Positions 7,205-11,672 of a stretch of 11,672 nucleotides of DNA are shown here, one piece after another. The position numbers were made by a program, and so were the translations under genes. How positions within the stretch are numbered: the first letter of the stretch is position 1; every line of letters begins with the position of its first letter. The stretch is from a virus. Taxonomy: Duplodnaviria > Heunggongvirae > Uroviricota > Caudoviricetes. The notes beneath the pieces are model-generated. The model was not told where the DNA came from. It saw only the letters and a list, made by a program, of their open reading frames with translations, and searched no databases. The stretch lies in the IMG/VR virus record IMGVR_UViG_3300042259_000065. One strand, written 5' to 3'.

Positions 7205-7407
7205 TAATTAATCTCCATATAAATATTAAGGCCTAATGTATGGATTGCTTGTTCGATTCTTTCCACTTTAACACCATCACCATTGTGATTTATGATCTGG
7301 AATAATTGACTTCTTGCCAAACCCGTTACCTGTTGTAAAGTGGAGTAAGACAATTTATTTTCAATCTTATAGTTCTTAAAAGTAGAACAAAGTTTCTCTC
7401 TAATCAT
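7204..7407 (-). CDS. Cro/XRE-like HTH DNA-binding protein (67 aa)
   Basis: KLSYSTLQQVTGLARSQLFQIIN...KVERIEQAIHTLG follows the XRE HTH pattern; SD GAGGT. Confidence 0.8.
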   Translation of the reverse strand: MIREKLCSTFKNYKIENKLSYSTLQQVTGLARSQLFQIINHNGDGVKVERIEQAIHTLGLNIYMEIN

Positions 7408-7490
7408 ATCTACCTCTTAATATCTTGTATCTGAAAACAAGAACACTTGTCAAGAGTGTATACTCTATAACTTAATATCTATCAAGTTTC

Positions 7491-7712
7491 TTAAACCATC
7501 AACATCACAACAACCGTACTCACCACAATGCTTACCCAAAACTCTTTGAAGCAATTCTTATCAGCACGATCCATAATAGATTGAATGTTTTGTCCAAGAA
7601 TCAAAGTTTTGACAAGGGTTTCAATGATTGCAAACATGATGCATACTACTGCACCCATAATCATTGCAGAAGCAAATCCTTCTCCAAAATGTGTTTGAAT
7701 ATATTCGATCAT
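7491..7712 (-). CDS. Small membrane protein (73 aa, two hydrophobic segments)
   Basis: SD AAGGAG; ATGA overlap with the upstream ORF. Confidence 0.7.
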   Translation of the reverse strand: MIEYIQTHFGEGFASAMIMGAVVCIMFAIIETLVKTLILGQNIQSIMDRADKNCFKEFWVSIVVSTVVVMLMV

Positions 7713-7915
7713 GATTCAACTCCTTTCTTCTTACAATTATTCAAATGGCAAATGTAATCATGGAAACCATTAAGCCATTCATTCCACTTATAATCATCTG
7801 ACACAAGATTAGATTCTTGATTTAGGTAATTATACAGATCATTAATACAAAATCCATAACCTTTATGAAGTTTTTCTGCTTCAAGCAACCCTTGCATCCA
7901 AGTTGGTTTATTCAT
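7709..7915 (-). CDS. Hypothetical protein (68 aa; start reassigned to ATG 7915)
   Basis: GGAG 8 nt upstream of ATG 7915, just after the upstream stop; W/Y-rich helical protein. Confidence 0.7.
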   Translation of the reverse strand: MNKPTWMQGLLEAEKLHKGYGFCINDLYNYLNQESNLVSDDYKWNEWLNGFHDYICHLNNCKKKGVES

Positions 7916-7917
7916 GT

Positions 7918-8277
7918 TTAACACTCCACTTTACTAATTGCATGTTCTTTATTCTTAGCAGGAATAGACTCACCTACTTTATCAAATCCACGATTTTCAA
8001 GGTTATCCATCTTCCAAGAATTACCTTTGTATCCAACATAAAATGCAATTGCAAGTTGAATAATGAATGAGGCAATCATAACATCATCGGTATGTTGACC
8101 AAGTTCTTCCATAAAGGAAAGTGCTAACATTGCAAGGATATAACCTCCTGCAAGAAGCCACAGCTTATTCCAAAGGAACCATAGTACTCCAAACAACAGA
8201 CCTGTATAAGAGAAGCCTACTTTGACAGCAACATATTTGTTCAATTTTGTGTGGTGGTAAACATTCCAAATTTTCAT
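7918..8277 (-). CDS. DUF2628-like membrane protein (119 aa)
   Basis: VKVGFSYTGLLFGVLWFLWNKLW ... GYKGNSW...LENRGF pattern recalled for DUF2628; strong RBS. Confidence 0.7.
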   Translation of the reverse strand: MKIWNVYHHTKLNKYVAVKVGFSYTGLLFGVLWFLWNKLWLLAGGYILAMLALSFMEELGQHTDDVMIASFIIQLAIAFYVGYKGNSWKMDNLENRGFDKVGESIPAKNKEHAISKVEC

Positions 8278-8290
8278 AATTATTTCTCCT
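8274..8290 (-). repeat. 17-bp direct repeat copy 2 (AGGAGAAATAATTATGA)
   Basis: Identical to 5322-5338. Confidence 0.85.
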
Positions 8291-8309
8291 TTCGTTTTAA
8301 GTTATCTAA

Positions 8310-8338
8310 ACAATAATACACTATTTTCAACAAGTCAA
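8310..8338 (-). promoter_or_regulatory. sigma70 promoter driving the reverse-strand block
   Basis: TTGACT (8338-8333), 17-nt spacer, TATTGT (8315-8310). Confidence 0.6.
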
Positions 8339-8352
8339 GGACTTTTTTAACC

Positions 8353-8366
8353 TTTTATGTTATAAT
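8353..8366 (+). promoter_or_regulatory. Extended -10 promoter (TTTTATGTTATAAT) for the neck operon, divergent from the reverse block
   Basis: TG-n-TATAAT at 8358-8366, no -35 match, 33 nt before ATG 8400. Confidence 0.65.
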
Positions 8367-8399
8367 AGTTTATGTCAATGAATAATAGGAATTAAGTAT

Positions 8400-8624
8400 A
8401 TGGCAACTTTGAACAAAGATCTAGTACTTTTGACAGCAAAAAGTAAACTTGAGAAAGATGGATTTGAGATCACAGATAAAGATCTTCAAAAGGAAGTCAC
8501 TAAACTTTCAACAAACATGGACTTCTTGGAAGCAGTCAACATTGTTTATGCTAAACTTTCTGCTGGTGTGCAAGAGGAAAAGGTTTATAAGAGTTTCATT
8601 GTAGACTGGTCGAGGAATTGGTAA
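8400..8624 (+). CDS. Hypothetical protein (74 aa), first gene of the neck operon
   Basis: SD AGGA; TAATG coupling to the next gene. Confidence 0.75.
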   Translation: MATLNKDLVLLTAKSKLEKDGFEITDKDLQKEVTKLSTNMDFLEAVNIVYAKLSAGVQEEKVYKSFIVDWSRNW

Positions 8625-9103
8625 TGGCAAAGATACCAGAGTTTGAAGATTTCTTTGATGATCTAGAGATGATTGCAGGGTATCTGAATGATCATCAAGT
8701 AGAATATGGTTATCCGACTAACAAGATGCACAAAGAAGCAGGGCTACCCGTTGCTCAAGTAGCAGCATTGCAAGAGGAAGGGGTTATGAACAAAGACGGT
8801 TCTTGGCATACAGTTCCTCGCAGATTCATGACTGAAGCAGAACTTCTTAATGAAAATACTACAGAAGGTATGCTCTACGACCTCTCCAATGCGATTCTGA
8901 CAGGTAAAAAACTTAACGTAACACGTATGCTCCATAAAATAGGTAGAGCTAGTGCAGATGACGTTAGAGAAGCTATTCTGTATGGACAATACCCTCCACT
9001 GAAACCGTCCACAATAGCGAAAAAAGGGCACAGTACCCCATTGATTGAAACAGAACAATTGTACAATGATGCTGATTATAAAATTACAAAAGGAGATGAA
9101 TAA
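8624..9103 (+). CDS. Putative neck / tail-completion protein (HK97 gp10 / Mu gpG-like), 159 aa
   Basis: VEYGY...VAQVAALQEEG...VPRRFM...YPPLKPSTIAKKGHSTPLIETEQL resembles the 'PLxxxTIxxKG.xxPLIdTGxL' neck motif. Start set at ATG 8624 (SD GAGGA, TAATG overlap). Confidence 0.75.
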   Translation: MAKIPEFEDFFDDLEMIAGYLNDHQVEYGYPTNKMHKEAGLPVAQVAALQEEGVMNKDGSWHTVPRRFMTEAELLNENTTEGMLYDLSNAILTGKKLNVTRMLHKIGRASADDVREAILYGQYPPLKPSTIAKKGHSTPLIETEQLYNDADYKITKGDE

Positions 9104-9633
9104 TGGCTCTTAGAGCAAAGAAACTTATCAAAAGATTTCCACTTCCACTTTACCATCGTACAAAAGTAGTTGATACAAATAATTCCCCTTGGGGTGGTGA
9201 TGAAAATACGACTATGACAATTGTTACAGAAGTTGCTCAGGAATGTACACTTCAGGCTGTTAAGCGACAAGAATTATCTTCTGAGCAAGAAGGTCTAAGC
9301 ATTAATGACATTTTCATTCTTCGTACAAACACCCCAGTTTATGCACCAGTAGAAGGTACAGATTTTATTGGAAGTGGTATTTATATTCCACCAAGTTATT
9401 TTGTACCAGAAGGTTCTACTTTCATTCCACCTAATGTAGGTGGATATTATAATGTTGTAGAAGTAAAAGTGTGGAACAATGGGGTAATTAATCACATTGA
9501 AGCAATGATTGTAAGAGATTACACAGTTGAAGTAGGTTATTATCCAGAAGCTAAGGTTATTGCAACAGCAGCAGATATGAACACACTGGCTAAATTAAAA
9601 GCTGGTGATTGGATTGCAGGGTGGACAGCATAA
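9103..9633 (+). CDS. Putative head-closure protein (176 aa)
   Basis: Position between neck and terminator genes; CTLQAV, FILRTNTPV and YNVVEVKVWNNGVINHIEAMIVR resemble beta-barrel closure proteins. Confidence 0.55.
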   Translation: MALRAKKLIKRFPLPLYHRTKVVDTNNSPWGGDENTTMTIVTEVAQECTLQAVKRQELSSEQEGLSINDIFILRTNTPVYAPVEGTDFIGSGIYIPPSYFVPEGSTFIPPNVGGYYNVVEVKVWNNGVINHIEAMIVRDYTVEVGYYPEAKVIATAADMNTLAKLKAGDWIAGWTA

Positions 9634-10313
9634 TGGCAGGTATTAGTGAAGTATTAGAACAATCCGCAGCAAAGCAATTTGCTATTGATAAACTTGGATA
9701 TTTCATTCTGGAAGTATTACCAAATAGGAAATTAGTACCAGATTCACCTAATTCCTCAATACCAACAACAGATTTTATTTCATTAGATATCCTGAACCAG
9801 ACCAGCTACAGTGGTGGGATGGGGCAACGACATATTTACTATGAAATTGATGAGCTTGGGAATGAGACTTATGTTTACAAAGATAAAGTTGTTGTAGAAT
9901 TATATGCTTATATTGGTAAAGCAAATAATGACTTAGATAAACTTCGTACAATGTTAAATAATAAATATTTGAAATTCAAGCATTTTGGATCTACAAATGG
10001 TTTAGTTGGTGTAACAGAAATTGGTAATGTTATTGATAACAAAGTGACTGTTTATGAATCACAAGAAACTCGTTCTGGTGCAAGATTACGTTTGGCATTA
10101 ACTTATATTTACAAAGTTGTTGACAACTATGGTGAATATGTTGATGAAGTTAAATATGTTACAAAGTCTAATGTAGCTGACCAATCAATTATTCAAAACA
10201 ACCACACAATCTTAGGGTTATCAGAAGAAACATTAGCTTCTATAAACGCATTACATTTTCATATTAACTATGAATTGCCGGGAGGTGGTGACTCAACGTG
10301 GACTATGGTTTAG
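9633..10313 (+). CDS. Putative tail terminator / neck protein (226 aa; start reassigned to ATG 9633)
   Basis: TAATG coupling; lies directly before the sheath; VVVELYAY and ETRSGARLRLALTY resemble myovirus terminator proteins. Confidence 0.55.
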   Translation: MAGISEVLEQSAAKQFAIDKLGYFILEVLPNRKLVPDSPNSSIPTTDFISLDILNQTSYSGGMGQRHIYYEIDELGNETYVYKDKVVVELYAYIGKANNDLDKLRTMLNNKYLKFKHFGSTNGLVGVTEIGNVIDNKVTVYESQETRSGARLRLALTYIYKVVDNYGEYVDEVKYVTKSNVADQSIIQNNHTILGLSEETLASINALHFHINYELPGGGDSTWTMV

Positions 10314-10348
10314 TTTAGACGATAATAATTCTCTTTTAAATTAAGAGT

Positions 10349-10362
10349 TTTTATGCTACAAT
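10349..10362 (+). promoter_or_regulatory. Extended -10 promoter (TTTTATGCTACAAT) for the sheath operon
   Basis: TG-n-TACAAT at 10354-10362; same TTTTATGnTAnAATA context as 8353-8367. Confidence 0.6.
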
Positions 10363-10477
10363 ATAGTTATGCCTTTCATATTTTCTGAAACGGTGTACAC
10401 CTATCCGAGCTTGATCAGCTCAAACTTCCTTTGTGTTTCTAACACAATATTATTTGAATTCAATAAAAGGAATAATA

Positions 10478-11672
10478 ATGGCAACTTATTTTAAGAATAC
10501 GGTTGAGGTTCAGGTATTTACAGAAGGTGCTCCAACAGAAACTCAAAGTTTCTCATACCCTCTGTGTATGGTTCCTCACAATATCACTGCCAATACTATC
10601 GATAGCTTTGGTACAGTATCTGCATTAACTTCTGCAGGATTTGCTGTTAACTCCCCAGCTTATATGATGGTACAAGGCTCACTTTCTGGTATTGCTCCAC
10701 CTGACCTAGTTAAAATTGGTCGTATGGATGTAAATACTATTACTATTACAGTGGATACTCTACTCACAGAGGGTGAAGTAATCTCTGTAAACACGAATGT
10801 AGCAGGTGTTGATGCTGTAGTATCTTATACTGTTCTTGCTGGAGATACAACTACTACTTTGATTGCAGCAGGTCTTGCAGGTGCATTGACAGCAGCATTT
10901 GGTGGAAGTGGTGACCCAACTTTCCTAGCATCTGGTGCAACTATCGTAGTTACTCCTAACACAAGCTCTTGTAGCTTTGGTTGGAATAGTATCACAGGTA
11001 CAAAACCACATACTACAATTACTACACAAACTTCAGATTCTTACACCACAGCAATTGGTGATTCACTGGCAAAAGATGATGACGTTAGTTTCATTATTAT
11101 TGAATCTAAATCTGAAGCAGATATTAAACTAGTAGCTGCATATACAGAAACTCTACAACTACAACAGTTCTTGACTTCAACAGATATTGCAGATGTGAAA
11201 GATAGTGGTTCAACAACTAACCTAGCATTGGATCTACAAGGTTTCGCATATGACAAAACCTATATGCAATATCATCCAGCAGCTAAAAACCACTTCCCAG
11301 AATGTTCTTGGTTGTCTAACTTTGCAAATCTTGACCCATGGACTCTTTATAATCCTGGTGGTTTAGTAGCAATGTCTGGTGTTCCAGCAGTTACTTTAAC
11401 TGAACAAGAGAAAATCACTCTTACAGGACGTAATGTAAGTTTTAATAACCTTCAACGTGGTCAATATTACCTCAAAGGTGGTTGGGCATCAAGCGGTATG
11501 TTCTTGGATTATCAACGTTTTGCATTGTGGCTGAAATATGCTTCTGAGACAGCGTTGTTTGATCTTAAACGTAAGAAGAACAATCTTGGCCTAACTGTTC
11601 CTTATTCCGACGCTGGTGCCCGTATGATGGAGAATGCCATTCAGAAAGATGTAATTAATGTTGGTATTCGTG
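10478..11672 (+). CDS. Tail sheath protein (DUF3383-like), N-terminal 398 codons; absent from the ORF track because it runs off the window
   Basis: Open frame from ATG 10478 (SD AAGGA) to the window end: MATYFKNTVEVQV...PPDLVKIGR...GMFLDYQRFALWLK...TVPYSDAGARMMENAI, a typical DUF3383 pattern. Confidence 0.9.
   Translation, partial: MATYFKNTVEVQVFTEGAPTETQSFSYPLCMVPHNITANTIDSFGTVSALTSAGFAVNSPAYMMVQGSLSGIAPPDLVKIGRMDVNTITITVDTLLTEGEVISVNTNVAGVDAVVSYTVLAGDTTTTLIAAGLAGALTAAFGGSGDPTFLASGATIVVTPNTSSCSFGWNSITGTKPHTTITTQTSDSYTTAIGDSLAKDDDVSFIIIESKSEADIKLVAAYTETLQLQQFLTSTDIADVKDSGSTTNLALDLQGFAYDKTYMQYHPAAKNHFPECSWLSNFANLDPWTLYNPGGLVAMSGVPAVTLTEQEKITLTGRNVSFNNLQRGQYYLKGGWASSGMFLDYQRFALWLKYASETALFDLKRKKNNLGLTVPYSDAGARMMENAIQKDVINVGIR

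Noticed and set aside
2077-8277. Reverse block as an autonomous mobile element (IS, satellite, integrative element)
   Set aside because: No integrase, transposase, terminal inverted repeats or att-like sites are visible; the only repeat is an RBS-containing 17-mer.
467-10313. Genome-wide TAG recoding
   Set aside because: TAG ends several genes (976, 2077, 5083, 7028, 10313), read-through meets another stop quickly or runs into terminators or next genes, and no long gene is broken by TAG.
10411-10424. TTGAT half-site in the sheath leader as a second FNR box
   Set aside because: The second half (TCAAA) does not match ATCAA at N4 spacing; better explained as part of an RNA hairpin.
8744-11256. 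Minus-strand track ORFs 8744-9058, 8875-9066, 9076-9270, 9295-9495 and 11041-11256
   Set aside because: Antisense to well-supported structural genes; no expression signals.
1-11672. CRISPR array, tRNA or rRNA
   Set aside because: No regularly spaced 25-40 bp repeats and no cloverleaf with a T-loop motif seen on manual reading; a tRNAscan/CRISPR finder run would be needed to be certain.

Overview
AT-rich (roughly one-third G+C) segment of a contractile-tailed phage (myovirus). The host is probably a facultatively anaerobic gammaproteobacterium; this is inferred from the FNR box and sigma70 signals. The + strand carries virion morphogenesis genes: the C-terminus of a major capsid protein, a putative head-tail adaptor and a 297-aa putative virion protein, then, after a gap, a 74-aa ORF, neck, head-closure and tail-terminator genes and the tail sheath (runs off the window). 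The gap is a ~6.2 kb block on the - strand (2077-8277). It contains small membrane proteins (one DUF2628-like), an HTH gene, an unlisted 58-aa RHH-like ORF, a ~549-aa exonuclease-less family A/T7-like polymerase, and the anaerobic ribonucleotide reductase nrdD-nrdG with an unlisted 58-aa ORF. Highlight 1: a perfect FNR box sits at class II geometry (-41.5) before nrdDG and is insulated by a terminator, suggesting host-oxygen-sensing control of phage dNTP synthesis. Highlight 2: a translationally coupled HTH-RHH-polymerase module with short repeats inside the polymerase gene. Highlight 3: structured leaders before two virion genes. All function calls come from recalled motifs; no database search was run.
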